A stretch of DNA of 64,000 bases from Mobula hypostoma (taxonomy: Eukaryota): assembly GCF_963921235.1 (NCBI RefSeq), contig NC_086097.1:239694001-239758000 (forward strand), written 5' to 3'. The notes under the pieces were generated by a model. That model was not told the DNA's origin and made no database searches. It saw only the letters and a program-made list of their open reading frames with translations. The first letter of the stretch is position 1. Each line of letters starts with the position of its first letter. This document shows positions 22,970-35,789 of the stretch, piece by piece. Both the position numbers and the translations under genes were made by a program.

Positions 22970-23447
22970 ATAGAGTCATAGAAAAGTACAGCACTGAAAC
23001 AGGCCCTTTGGCCCATCTAGTCCATGCTGAAACCATTTAAACTGCCCTCTCTCATTGACCAGCACTGGGACCATAAACCTCCATAAACCTTACCATCCAT
23101 GTATCTATCGAAACATATCTTAAATGCTGTGCTGGCAGCTCATTCCACACTCTCATGACAATCTGAACAAAGACGATGCCCCTTAAACTTTTCACCTTTC
23201 ACCCTTAACCCATGACTCTAGTTGTAGACCCACCCAACCTCAGTGGAAAAAGCCTGCTGGCATTTACCTCATCTATAACCCTCATAATTTTGTATACCTC
23301 TGTTAGATCTTGTGTCAATCTTCTACATTCCAAGGAATAAAGTCCTAACCTATTCAATCTTTCCTTATAACTCAGGCCCTCCAGACCCAGCAAAATCCTT
23401 GTAAATTTTCTCTGTACTCTTTCACCTTACTTACATCTTCCCTGTAG
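22970..23447 (-). mobile_element. Degraded CR1 3' fragment
   Basis: ORF 23205-23393 ..LSYKERLNRLGLYSLE.. Confidence 0.8.
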
Positions 23448-23689
23448 GAGTTATTGCATTAGTCCGGGAACGTCGACGTCAGGATGTGTGTGCATGCACA
23501 AGTGGATACTTTGACCGAGCAACCAGGTTGTTTAAGATACTACCAGATGGAAATTCTGTATTTCAATTCAATTGATGCAAGCAATGCAATACACCGGGAT
23601 CAATATCTATTCATCAATTCATCTAGTTGTATAAATATGAGAACGTTTATGAATAGGGATTAGTTATTTGAAAACTTGAGGACTTGCCA

Positions 23690-24117
23690 TGACTTGAGCA
23701 CCTGAATTATAGAGAAAGGTTAGGACTTTATTCCCTGGAGTGCAGGAGAATGAGGGGAGTTTTGATAGAGGTACACGCAATTATGAGGGGTATATATGGG
23801 GTAAATGCAAGCAGGCTTTTCCTGCTGAGAGGGGGTGAGACCAGAACTAGAGGTCATGGGTAAAGGCGGAAAGGTGAAATGGTGAAGGAGGGACCTCTTC
23901 ACTCAGAGGGTGGTGAGAGTGTAGGACGAGCTGTCAGAGGAGGTGGTGGATATAGGTTTGATTCCAGCATTTAAGAGAGATTTTGATAGCTACATAGATC
24001 AGAGGGGTATGGAGAACTACGGTCCAGGTGTGGTTCAATAGGTCTAGGCAGAATAATCGATGGGCACGGGTTAGATGGGCCAGATGGGCTGTTTCTGTGC
24101 TCTAGTGTTCCATGACT
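23690..24117 (+). mobile_element. Degraded CR1 3' fragment
   Basis: Homologous to CR1 ORF2 C-terminus and 3' UTR. Confidence 0.7.
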
Positions 24118-25577
24118 ACGAATCAAAGTATTTTTGTAGTTACTAAAGTAGAAAGTTTAAGTCAGCTTGCATAAAATTAGATTTCACAATTTTTACAGCT
24201 AGGACCCCTGAGACTTTTGCACAGTACTGTAATTGTCAAAATGGAGCAGAGAGTGTCTGTGAATCTGGCAGGAGCAGAGGATGTTGAGAATAGTGAGAGT
24301 GCAGTTCCACGGGAGAGATGTGCGACAGGTGGCAGAGAAGGAGTGCCAGGGGTAGGGGATGGCACAGTTGCAGACACACCCAGCCCTGAGACACCAGGAA
24401 AGCTCCTTTGATTCCAAACCACTGGTTTATTAATCATTGCAGGATGTCCCTCTGTTGCTTCCCACTCCATCCCCTCTCCTCTCCCCTCTTCCTAACAAGT
24501 ATTCCCCTCTCCCTGCCTCCTTCTCAATCTCAGTCCACAATCAGGACCCACATCAGAAACAGGTTTATCATCACTCACATATGTCATGAAATTTGTTTCT
24601 TTGAATGGTAGGAGTACAATAGGAAACATAAAATTACTACGGTAGTGTGCAAAAGTCTTTTTCATCCAAGCAATATATATGTATCTAAGAATTTTGCGCA
24701 GTCCCGTAGACGTCACCAGATACAACCTGAGATTGGTTTTCTTGCGGGCATTAACAGTAAATACAAAGAAACACGATAAAATCAATGAAAGGCTGAACAC
24801 AACAAAGATGGACAAACAAGCAATGTTCCAAAGACAACACATTACTCATATACAAAAAAGAAAACTAACAACTTCGTAATATTAAAGTAGTAGGTATTAA
24901 ATATTGAGAATATGAGTTGTAGCGTACTTGAAACTTAGTCCTTAGGTTGCTGAATCAGCTCACTGTTGTGGTGAGTAAGGTTACGCGCGTTGGTTCAAAA
25001 GCTTGATGGTTGAAGGGTATTAACTGTCCCTCATCGGGGTGGTGTGGGACTTGTGGCTCCAGTATCTCCTTCCTGATGGCAGTAACAGGGAGAGAGCATG
25101 GTGGGAGGTATTTGATGATGAATGCTGCTTTCTCATGATGGTACTCCTTGTAAATATGCTCAATGATGGGAGGAATACACATAAAAGTTGCTGGTGAACG
25201 CTGCAGGCCAGGCAGCATCTCCAGGAAGAGGTGCAGTCGACGTTTCAGGCCGAGACCCCTTCGCCAGGACTAACTGAAGGAAGAGTGAGTAGGGAATTTG
25301 AAAGTTGGAGGGGGAGGGGGAGATCCAAAATGATAGGAGAAGACAGGAGGGGGAGGGATAGAGCCAAGAGCTGGACAGGTGATAGGCAAAAGGGGATACG
25401 AGAGGATCATGGGACAGGAGGTCTGGGAAGAAAGACAAGCGGGGGGGGGGACCCAGAGGATGGGCAAGGGGTATATTCAGAGGGACAGAGGGAGAAAAAG
25501 GAGAGTGAGAGAAAGAATGTGTGTATAAAAATAAGTAACAGATGGGGTACGAGGAGGAGTTGGGGCATTAGCGGAAG

Positions 25578-26614
25578 TTAGAGAAGTCAATGCTCATGCC
25601 ATCAGGTTGGAGGCTACCCAGACGGAATATAAGGTGTTGTTCCTCCAACCTGAGTGTGGCTTCATCTTTACAGTAGAGGAGGCCGTGGATAGACATGTCA
25701 GAATGGGAATGGGATGTGGAATTAAAATGTGTGGCCACTGGGAGATCCTGCTTTCTCTGGAGGACAGAGCGTAGATGTTCAGCAAAACAGTCTCCCAGTC
25801 TGCGTTAGGTCTCGCCAATATATAGAAGGCCACATCGGGAGCACCGGACGCAGTATATCACCCCAGCCGACTCACAGGTGAAGTGTTGCCTCACCTGGAA
25901 GGACTGTCTGGGGCCCTGAATGGTGGTAAGGGAGGAAGTGTAAGGGCATGTATAGCACTTGTTCCGCTTACAAGGATAAGTGCCGGGAGGGAGATCAGTG
26001 GGGAGGGATGGGGGGGACGAATGGACAAGGGAGTTGCGTAGGGAGCGATCCCTGCGGAATCCAGAGAGAGGGGGGGAGGAAAAGATGTGCTTAGTGGTGG
26101 GATCCCGTTGGAGGTGGCGGAAGTTACGGAGAACAATATGTTGGACCCGGAGGCTGGTGGGGTGGTAGGTGAGGACCAGGGGAACCCTATTCCTAGTGGG
26201 GTGGCGGGAGGATGGAGTGAGAGCAGATGTACATGAAATGGGGGAGATGCGTTTAAGAGCAGAGTTGATAGTGGAGGAAGGGAAGCCCCTTTCTTTAAAA
26301 AAGGAAGACATCTCCCTCGTCCTAGAATGAAAAGCCTCATCCTGAGAGCAGATGCGGCGGAGACGGAGGAATTGCGAGAAGGGGATGGCGTTTTTGCAAG
26401 AAACAGGGTGAGAAGAGGAATAGTCCAGATAGCTGTGAGAGTCAGTAGGCTTATAGTAGACATCAGTGGATAAGCTGTCTCCAGAGACAGAGACAGAAAG
26501 ATCTAGAAAGGGGAGGGAGGTATCGGAAATGGACCAGGTAAACTTGAGGGCAGGGTGAAAGTTGGAGGCAAAGTTAATAAAGTCAACGAGTTCTGCATGC
26601 GTGCAGGAAGCAGC
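25578..26614 (-). pseudogene. PLE RT C-terminus/thumb, Cys-rich linker and GIY-YIG endonuclease (5' truncated, premature stop)
   Basis: ..LPFLDLSV..DVYYKPTDSHSYLDYSSSHP..CKRNKCYTC..FTC..VIYCVRCSRCGLLYIGET*. Confidence 0.88.
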
Positions 26615-26903
26615 GAAGTGGCGGAAGTTACGGAGAATAATATGTCGGACCTGGAGGCTGGTGGGGTGGTAGGTGTGAGGTGGCGGAAGTTACGGGATCC
26701 CACCACTAAGCACATCTTTCCCTCCCCCCCCCTCTGCATTCTGCAGGGATCGCTCCCTATGCAACTCCCTTGTCCATTCGTCCCCCCCATCCCTCCCCAC
26801 TGATCTCCCTCCTGGCACTTATCCGTGTAAGCGGAACAAGTGCTACGCATGCCCTTACACTTCCTCCCTTACCACCATTCAGGGCCCCAAACAGTCCTTC
26901 CAG

Positions 26904-27230
26904 GTGAGGCAACACTTCACCTGTGAGTCGGTTGGGGTGATATACTGCGTCCGGTGCTCCCGATGTGGCCTTTTATATATTGGCGAGACCCGACGCAGAC
27001 TGGGAGACCGCTTTGCTGAACATCTACGCTCTGTCTGCCAGAAAAAGCAGAATCTCCCAGTGGCCACACATTTTAATTCCACATCCCATTCCCATTCTGA
27101 CATGTCTATCCACAGACTCCTCTACTGCAAAGATGAAGCCACACTCAGGTTGGAGGAACAATACCTTATATTCCGTCTAGGTAGCCTCCAACCTAATGGC
27201 ATGAACATCGACTTCTCTAACTTCCGCTAA
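26904..27230 (+). pseudogene. Open GIY-YIG endonuclease domain of the PLE plus arm (no upstream RT)
   Basis: VIYCVRCSRCGLLYIGETRRRLGDRFAEH..VATHFN..EEQYLI..LQPNGMN. Confidence 0.88.
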
Positions 27231-27523
27231 TGCCCCACCTCCCCCTCATACCCCATCTGTTACTTATTTTTATACACACATTCTTTCTCTCACTCTCCTT
27301 TTTCTCCCTCTGTCCCTCTGAATGTACCCCTTGCCCATCCTCTGGGTCACCCCCCACTTGTCTTTCTTCCCGGACCTCCTGTCCCATGATCCTCTCGTAT
27401 CCCCTTTTGCTTATCACCTGTCCAGCTCTTGGCTCTATCCCTCCCCCTCCTGTCTTCTCCTATCATTTTGGATCTCCCCCTCCCCCTCCAACTTTCAAAT
27501 CCCTTACTCACTCTTCCTTCAGT

Positions 27524-27561
27524 TAGTCCTGACGAAGGGGCTCGGCCTGAAACGTTGACTG
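27524..27561 (+). ncRNA. Minimal hammerhead ribozyme in the PLE 3' UTR (GUU triplet)
   Basis: AGTC-CTGACGA-AGGGGCTCGGCCT-GAAAC-GTT-GACT. The mirror copy at 25234-25271 has the core changed to CTGGCGA. Confidence 0.72.
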
Positions 27562-28519
27562 CACCTCTTCCTAGAGATGCTGCCTGGCCTGCTGCGTTCA
27601 CCAGCAACTTTTATGTGTGTTGCTTGAATTTCCAGCATCTGCAGAATTCCTGTTGTTCAATGATGGGAGGGTTTTGCCTTCCATGGACTGGGCCAAGTCC
27701 ACTACTATTTGTAGGCTTTTCTGTTCCTTGGTTTTGGTGTTTCAATACCAGGCCAGAATGCAACCAGTCAGGATCCTATCCACAGTGACAACATTTAAAA
27801 GGAATTGAGACAAGCAAGGCATAGAAACATACAAACCAAATATGCAAGTAGACTTAGTGTAGATGGGCAAAATAGTGGTGAGGTTGTGATGGGTTGAATG
27901 GAGAGTTTCTTTCCTGTGTTGATGAGATAATGAGGTGATATGAGTAAAAGTAGGTGCAGAGCCAGGAACTGTAAAATTGACCCCATTTAGATGGAATAAG
28001 CAAGAGCAGAAGATGGAAGACATTAAATTTTACAAAGTACACTTCAGAATCAAAATCTAATTTCTATCATTGACTTATATAACGTGGAATTTGTTGTTTT
28101 GCAACAGCAGTATAATGCAAAGACATAACATTTCTTTAGCCAGAGAGTGGTGAATCTGTGGAATTTGTTGCCGCAGGCAGCTGTGGCGGTCAAATCACTG
28201 GGTACGTTTAAAGTGGAGGTTGATGGTTTGTTGATTAGTTAGAGTATGAAAAGTTATTGGGGAGAAGGCAGGAGAATGGGCCTGAGAAATGGATCAACCA
28301 TGATGAAATGGTGGAGCAGACTGAATAGGCCGAATGACCTAATTCTTCTGCTATCTCTGATGGTCTTGTGATCTTATAATTGTTACTAATTACAAAACTA
28401 AATATTTAGCACAGAAAGTGCAGTATTGGGGTGGTGTGCATGGGTTTGTGGACAGTTCAGAAATCTTTTAACTGAGGAGAAGAGCTCCTTTTTAGTCTTT
28501 GTCGGACTTTGTTTGTGTA

Positions 28520-28556
28520 ACACACACAAAATGCTGGAGGAGCTCAGCAGGCCAGG
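28520..28556 (-). mobile_element. 37-bp tail-less Penelope end insertion
   Basis: ACACACACAAAATGCTGGAGGAGCTCAGCAGGCCAGG flanked by a 13-bp TSD CTTTGTTTGTGTA (28507-28519 / 28557-28569). Confidence 0.8.
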
Positions 28557-30599
28557 CTTTGTTTGTGTATAGTTTTTCATTCATTCTATTGTATTTTTTT
28601 GTTCTACCGTGAATGACTGCAAGAAAATTAATCTCAGGGTTGTATAAGGTGACATATCCATACTTTGATAATAAATTTACTTTGAACTATGAAGCTGTTT
28701 CTGTATCATTGAGTCTGGGTCTCAGGCTCGTAGACCACCTAACAAAACTACTTGTTTTAATGTCATTATTTGTCATTTTTGTGCAACTTTGTCCACATTT
28801 AGCAGAACATTTTAGATAAAACAGGTACAGTGAAGTTTTCTCTTGATTTTAACATGCTTCCTATTTAAAGGAATTCAGTTTAATTGTGTGTCTAGGATAT
28901 ATTTGTATTAACAAACTGCAGTAATAATTGATGCAATAAATAACTGCTTTGGAGGAGTTTAATACAACTGTTGCACAAAAAGAAACAGCTTTTTCTCCAA
29001 ATAAAAAGGGAGGAGGTCCTGAAGGGAGAATTTAGGGAGCTAGATAGGAAGATGAAAAACAGGACCTCCAGGCTAGTAATCTCTGGATTGCTGCCTGTGC
29101 TACACACCACCAAGAGGAAGAACAGGATGATTTGGCAGATGAATGTGTGGCTGGGGAACTAGTGTTGGTGGCAGTGGTTCAGATTTCTGAAACATTGGCA
29201 TCTCTGCTGGGGAGTACAGCCTGCACAAGACAGATGGGCTGCACGAGAACTCGAGAGGGACCAATAAACCTGCGGGCAGGTTTCTACAACTGTTGGGAAG
29301 GATTTAGACTGATTTGGCAGGGGGATAGGAAACTGATTGATAGGGCTGAAGATGGGGCAGTTGTTATACGTGCACAGGCAGCGGGTAGCGAGACTGTCAG
29401 GAAGGACAGGCAGATGACAGGGAAAAATTGCAGTAAGTGGGATGAATAGCAGTGAAAAGGGGGACAAAATTGAAAAGGGTGTCGAATACAGGAATGGAGG
29501 TGATATATTTGAGTGCCCACAGTATATAGGATAAGGTAGCTGGTTTTGTAGAGCACTTAAAGATTGGCAGGTAGGTCGTGTGGGCATCACTGATTTGTGG
29601 CTAAAAGAAGATCATATTTGGGAGCTTCACATCCAAGGATACACATTGTATCAAAAGGACGCGGTTGTATCGAGTTGGACAATCAACATGAGGGGTGCGT
29701 AAAAAGAGCTGCCTTTCAGTCAGGTCTGTGTTCAAGATCTAAAAAGGTAGAGCTTTGCTGCAGTTCTTTTGTCAGTTGAACAATCAACATCAGGGATGCC
29801 TAAAAAGAGCTACCTTTCAATCACGATCATGATCGAGACTTAAAAGGCAAAATTTTGTGGCAGTTTCTCTGAGTTGAGGAGCAAACAATCAAGAAGAAGG
29901 ATTCATTTGAAAGGTCAATAAAATTAACTGAAGTGGAAGCGGAATGGCCATTCACGCAGTGGCCTTTCTTCTGAGCGTACCGGTGTTTAGAGTGGCTTTG
30001 GCTCATCAGGCTTAGGCAAGGTCAAGCATTTGGTAAGTTTCTCTCTTTCTGCTCTTATTTGTTCATTCCTCATCTGTTAGGGCAGAGTAGTTTAATGAGA
30101 ATGGCTCCAAGGACAGTGTGTTGTACTGTGTGTGGGATGTGGGGAGTGTGGAAGACCTGCTGTCTCCCAGAGAAGCACGTCTACACCAGATGCACTGAGC
30201 TGCAACCCCTGAGAGAATGTATTGAGGCACAGAAGCTGCAGCTCAATGACCTTTGACTCACGGAGGAGAATGAGGAGGTAGCTATAGGGAGGTAGACATC
30301 CCAAGGCTGCAGGAGACAGATAACTGGGTGACGGTCAGGAGAAGGAGGGGAAATGCACAGCAAGTGCAGAGTGAACCTGTGGCCGTTCCTCTCATTAATC
30401 AGTATACAACTATTGAGGGGACTACCTACCAGGGGGAGCCACAGTGACTGGATTTCTGACACTCAGTCTGGAGCTGTGACTCAGAAGAGTCGAGAGGAAC
30501 AGAGACAAGATTCTGTGGGTGCAACAGAGACATTTGCATGGTATGTTGCTTCTCTGGTGCCAGGATCAGGGACGTATTGGTTCGGGTCCATGGCATTCC

Positions 30600-31663
30600 A
30601 TGGCCCACCTGGACAAGCCAGCGAGCACTGTGAGGGTCTTTTTTTTTGACTTCTCCAGTGCATTCAACACCATCCGCCCTGCTCTGCTGGGGGAGAAGCT
30701 GACAGCGATGCAGGTGGATGCTTCCCTGGTGTCATGGATTCTTGATTACCTGACTGGCAGACCACAGTACATGTGCTTGCAACACTGTGTGTCCGACAGA
30801 GTGATCAGCAGCACTGGGGCTCCACAGGGGACTGTCTTGTCTCCCTTTCTCTTCAGCGTTTACACCTCAGACTTCAACTACTGCACAGAGTCTAAGGGAG
30901 ATGAGGCTGAGTACAGGGCTACGGTAAGAAACTTTGTCACATGGTGTGAGCAGAATTATCTGCAGCTTAATGTGAAAAAGACTAAGGAGCTGGTGGTAGA
31001 CCTGAGGAGAGTTAAGGCACCGGTGGCCCCTGTTTCCATCCAGGGGGTCAGTGTGGACATGGTGGAGGATTACAAATACCTGGGGATACGAATTGACAAT
31101 AAACTGGACTGGTCAAAGAACACTGAGGCTGTCTACAAGAAGAGTCAGAGCCGTCTCTATTTCCTGAGGAGACTGAGGTCCTTTAACATCTGCCGGATGA
31201 TGCTGAGGATGTTCTACGAGTCTGTGGTGGCCGGTGCGATCATGTTTGCTGTTGTGTGCTGGGGCAGCAGGCTGAGGGTAGCAGACACCAACAGAATCAA
31301 CAAACTCATTCATAAGGCCAGTGATGTTGTGGGGATGGAACTGGACTCTCTCACGGTGGTGTCTGAAAAGAGGATGCTGTCCAAGTTGCATGCCATCTTG
31401 GACAATGTCTCCCATCCACTACATAATGTACTGGGTGGGCACAGGAGTACATTCAGCCAGAGTGTCATAGGAAGTCATTCCTGCCTGTGGCCATCAAACT
31501 TTACAACTCCTCCCTTGGAGGGTCAGACACCCTGAGCCAATAGGCTGGTCCTGGACTTATTTCCTGGCATAATTTACATATTACTATTTAATTATTTATG
31601 GTGCAACTGTAACGAAAACCAATTTCCCCTGGGATCAATAAAGTATGACTATGACTATGACTA
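30600..31663 (+). pseudogene. Rex1/Babar LINE fragment (RT with internal deletions)
   Basis: ORF 30519-31535 (FFDFSSAFNTI, GAPQGTVLSPFLF, LNVKKTKE, YKYLG). Ends GGGATCAATAAAGT plus (ATGACT)n. Confidence 0.88.
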
Positions 31664-33322
31664 TTCTCAGTGTTCTCAAGGGCGAGGGTGAGCAGCCAGA
31701 AGTTTGGTACATATGGGCACCAATGACATACGTAGACAAGGTGAGGAGGTCCTGAAGAGAGATCTTAGGGAGCTGGGTAGAAAGCTGAGAAACAGGACCT
31801 CCAGGGTAGAAATCTCTGGATTGCTGCCTGTGCCATGTGCCAGTGAGGGCAAGAATAGAATGACTTGGCAGGAAAATGCGTAGCTGAGGAACTGGTGCTG
31901 AAGGCAGGGGTTCAGATTTATGGATCACTGGGATTTTGTTGGGGGAAGGCATGACCTGTACAAAAGGGAGAGATTACCTGAGCCGTTGGGGTCCAATATA
32001 CTTGTGGGCAGGTGACCTAGAGTTGTTCATGTAGGTTTAAACTAATTTGGGTGGGGGGGGATCTGGAGTGACAATGCTGGAGATGAGGTGATTGGTTTAC
32101 GAACCAAGGCAATGTGCAGTGAGACAGCGAGCAAGGAGAGGCTAATCATAGGGCAAAGTTCCAGTCAACAGGATAAGTTGCAACGTAAAAAGTAGACAAA
32201 ATTGAAATGGACAGAAGGTGTTATATTTGAATGTGCGCAGTATACAGAATAAGGCCGATGAACTTGTAGCACAGTTACAGATTGGCATGTATCATGTAGG
32301 CACCACTGAACCATGGCCAACAGGCAGGAGAATGGTTCCAAGGGCTGTGATTTGTACCATGTGTGGGATGTGGAAAGTCTAGAAGATGTCCTGACTCCCA
32401 GATAAACACATCTGCACCAGGTGCACCGAGCTGCAACTCCTGAGAGAAGGCATCAAGAGTCTGGAGCTGCAACTTGATGAACTTTGGCTCATATAGGAGA
32501 ATGAGGAGGTGATAGACAGGAGCTACTGGGAGGTAGTCTCCCCTGGATTGTAGGAGACAGGAGACTGGGTGACAGGCAGGAGAACTAGGGGAAATGGCAC
32601 AGCTGGTGCAGAGTACACCTGTAGTTGTTCAATAATAAGTATATGACTTCAGATACTGTTGACGGGACAACCTACCGGGGGGAGGGGTGCGCAGTCAGGG
32701 TGACCGGGTCCTCTGGCACCGTGTCTGGTGTTGTGGCTCAGATGAGCGGAGAGGTGAAGAGGACTGGGGTGTTGATAGAAGATTCCATAGTTAGAGGAAC
32801 AAAGAAAAGATTCTGTGGGTGCAGTAGGGATACCTTGATGTTATGTTGCCTCTCAGGTGCCAGGAACACGGATGTCTTTATCAGGTCTATGGCATTCTCA
32901 AGGGTGAGGATGAGCAGCCAGAAGTCCTGGTGCATATCGGCACCAAATACATACTGGACAAGGTGAGGAGGTCCTGAAGATAGATTTTTGGGAGCGAGGT
33001 AGAAAGTAGTAATCTCTGGATTGCTGCCTGCACCATGTGCCAGTGAGGATAAGAATAGGACAATTTGGCAGGTGATTGCATGGCTGAGGAACTGGTACAG
33101 GGAGCAGGTGTTCAGATTTCTGAAGCATTGGGATCTCTTCTGGGGAAGGTACAGCCCGTAAATACGGGACAAATTACATCTGAGCCTGAGGGTGTCCAAT
33201 ATCCTTGTGGGCAGTTTGGCTAGAGTTGTTTAGGAGTGTTTGAACTAATTTGGCAGGGGATAGGGAACTAAAACGATAGCACTGACAATGAAGTAGTTAG
33301 TTTACAAACAGAGGTAATGTGG

Positions 33323-34022
33323 TGTAGCCCCCGCCCCCGGCCACCCTCAGGGTCGCTTGGCTCGCTGTCGTCCAGGGAAACAGTCTTCGGCCCCGCCAAA
33401 CTGGGTAATTAGTTTATGTGGATGGTGCGCGATATACTCCATCCCTCCCAAATAACAGACAATACACCAGATACGATTAAGTGATTTACAGTTTATAGAT
33501 ACTACTGGAACTATATAATTAATAGAGAATAAAATATAAAAGGAAAATAAAAGGCGCCACACTTATCAAAGTTCAATCTCTTCCTGCACAAAACAGTTGG
33601 AGCTCAGGACCCTTCTTCTTCACCCTGCGCCCCCTCGGACCACCTCGACCGGCCGCCTGGGACCAACAACGGTGGTCGACCAGACGCTCCGCATGAGTCT
33701 GTCTCCGTCTCCTCGCCGAACGCCCTCCTTGGGGTCTGACCCTGTTAGCGGACTCACAGCACCTGGTTCATCCTCTGTCCATCTCTCCCACCTTCTCCCC
33801 GACAACCCCGCGCATACAATATCTTACAGATACATTAAAAACATAACAACTATCACAATTGGTTCATAACACCTTCTTATCAGTAACGTGATTCAACAAA
33901 CTGCTAGCGGGAAGGACTTTCTCAGCGTTTAACATAACAAAGAAGCATTCCCAAGTATAACATAAGAAAGAAGCCATTTTAATTAGCCTACACAGTAACA
34001 TAAGAGACAAAACTACCTTACG
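33323..34022 (-). mobile_element. Solo LTR (700 bp)
   Basis: TGTA...TACG (terminal CA apparently mutated) with 4-bp TSD GTGG (33319-33322 / 34023-34026). Host CR1 sequence is continuous across it. Strand is inferred. Confidence 0.7.
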
Positions 34023-35789
34023 GTGGTTTGAGATTCCTAGCAAGGAGAGGCTGATGATAGGGCAAAATCACAGTCAACAGGATGAGTTGCAACATAAAAT
34101 GTGGACAAAATCGAAAAGGGTGAATACAGGACTGAAGGTAGTATATTTGGGGAATGCATGCAATACAGAATAAGAAAGGTGAACTTGTAGCACAGTTACA
34201 AATTGTCATGTATGATGTTGTAGGCATCACTGAATTATGGTTGAAAGAAAATTATAGCTTAATATCCAGGGATACACATTGTATTGATAGGATAGGCAGG
34301 AAGGCAGGGAAATTGGCATTGCTGTGTTGGTAAAAATGAAATCAAATCACTAGAAAGATGTGACATAGAGTTAGAAGGTGTTGAGTCGTTGTGGTTAGAA
34401 CTAAGGAACTGCAAGATAGACACATCCTAAAGAAGAAATATTCTAAAGGCAGGATGATGTAACCATGACTGACAGGGGAAGTCAAAGCCAACATAACAAA
34501 GAGGGCATATAATAGATCAAAAATTAGTGGAAAGTTAGAGGATTAGAAAGCTTTTAAAAACAAACAGATGAAATGTGAAGATAAGCTAGCCAATAATATC
34601 AATGAAGATACCAAAAGATTTTTCAGATATATAAAGAACAAAAGAGAGGTGAGAGTAGATATCAGACTACTAGAAAATGACACTGGAGATGCAGTATTAG
34701 GGACAAGGAAGTGGAGAACGAACTGAAAAAACTTTTGGTATCAGCCCTCACTGTGGAAGATGCTAGAAGTATGCCAGAGGTTTGAGAGTGTCAGGGATAG
34801 AAGTGGGTACAGTAGCGAGGGAGAATGTGCTTCAAAAGCTGAAAGGTCTGAAGATAGACAAGTCACCTGGACCAGATGGACTACACTCAACGGTTCTAAA
34901 AGAGGCAGCTAAAACTATTGTGGAGGCATTAGAAATAATTTGTCAAGAATCACTACATTTTGGCATAGCTCCAGAGGACTGGAAAATTGCAAATATCACT
35001 CCAGTCTTCAAGAAGGAAAGGGGGGGGATAAGAAAGGAAATCATAGGCCCGTTAGTTGGACCTCAGTGGTTGTGAAGATGAGGTTTTGGGGTACATGGAG
35101 GCACATGGTAAAATAGGCCAAAATCAGCATGGTTTCCATTAGGGAAAATCTTGCCTTACAAATCTGTTGGTAACAAGCGGGATAAACAACGGAGGATCTT
35201 TGAATGTTGTGTACTTGGATTTTCAAAAGACCTTTGACATGTTGCCGTGCATGAGGCTGCTTAGCAAGATAAGAGCCCATGATATTATAGGAGAGATACC
35301 AGCATGCAGAGAACATTGGCTGAGAGGTAGGAGGAAAAGAGAGGGAATAAGGGGAGCCTTTTCCAGTTGGGTCGCTGGTGACTAGTAGTGTTCCACAGCG
35401 GTCGGTGTAGGGACCAATTCTTTTAAAGTTGTACGTCAACGATTTGGACAAATGGAATTGATGGTGTTGTGGCCAAGTTTGCTGACACTACGAAGACAGG
35501 TAGAGGGGCAGGTAGTGCTGAGGAAGTGGAGAGGCTGTAGAAGGATTTAGACAGATTAGGAAAATAGGCAGCCAAGTGGGAGATGAATACAGTGCTGGGA
35601 CGTGTATGGTCATGCGCTTTGGTAGAAGGAATAAAAGTGCAGACTATTTTCTAAACAGTAAGAAAATTCAAAAATCCAAGGTGCAAAGGGATTAGAACTC
35701 CTCATGTAGGATTCCCTAAAGATTAACATGCAGATTGAGTCAGTGATAAGGAAGGCAAATGCAATGTTAGCATTCATTTCGAGAGGACT

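Larger units (their letters stand above)
25174..27656. mobile_element. Penelope-like element (Neptune-type) in inverted, divergent arrangement
   Basis: Minus arm 25174-26614 and plus arm 26692-27656 are inverted copies over about 930 bp. 14-bp TSD TCAATGATGGGAGG (25160-25173 / 27657-27670). Inserted in an older Rex/L2 remnant. Confidence 0.92.
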
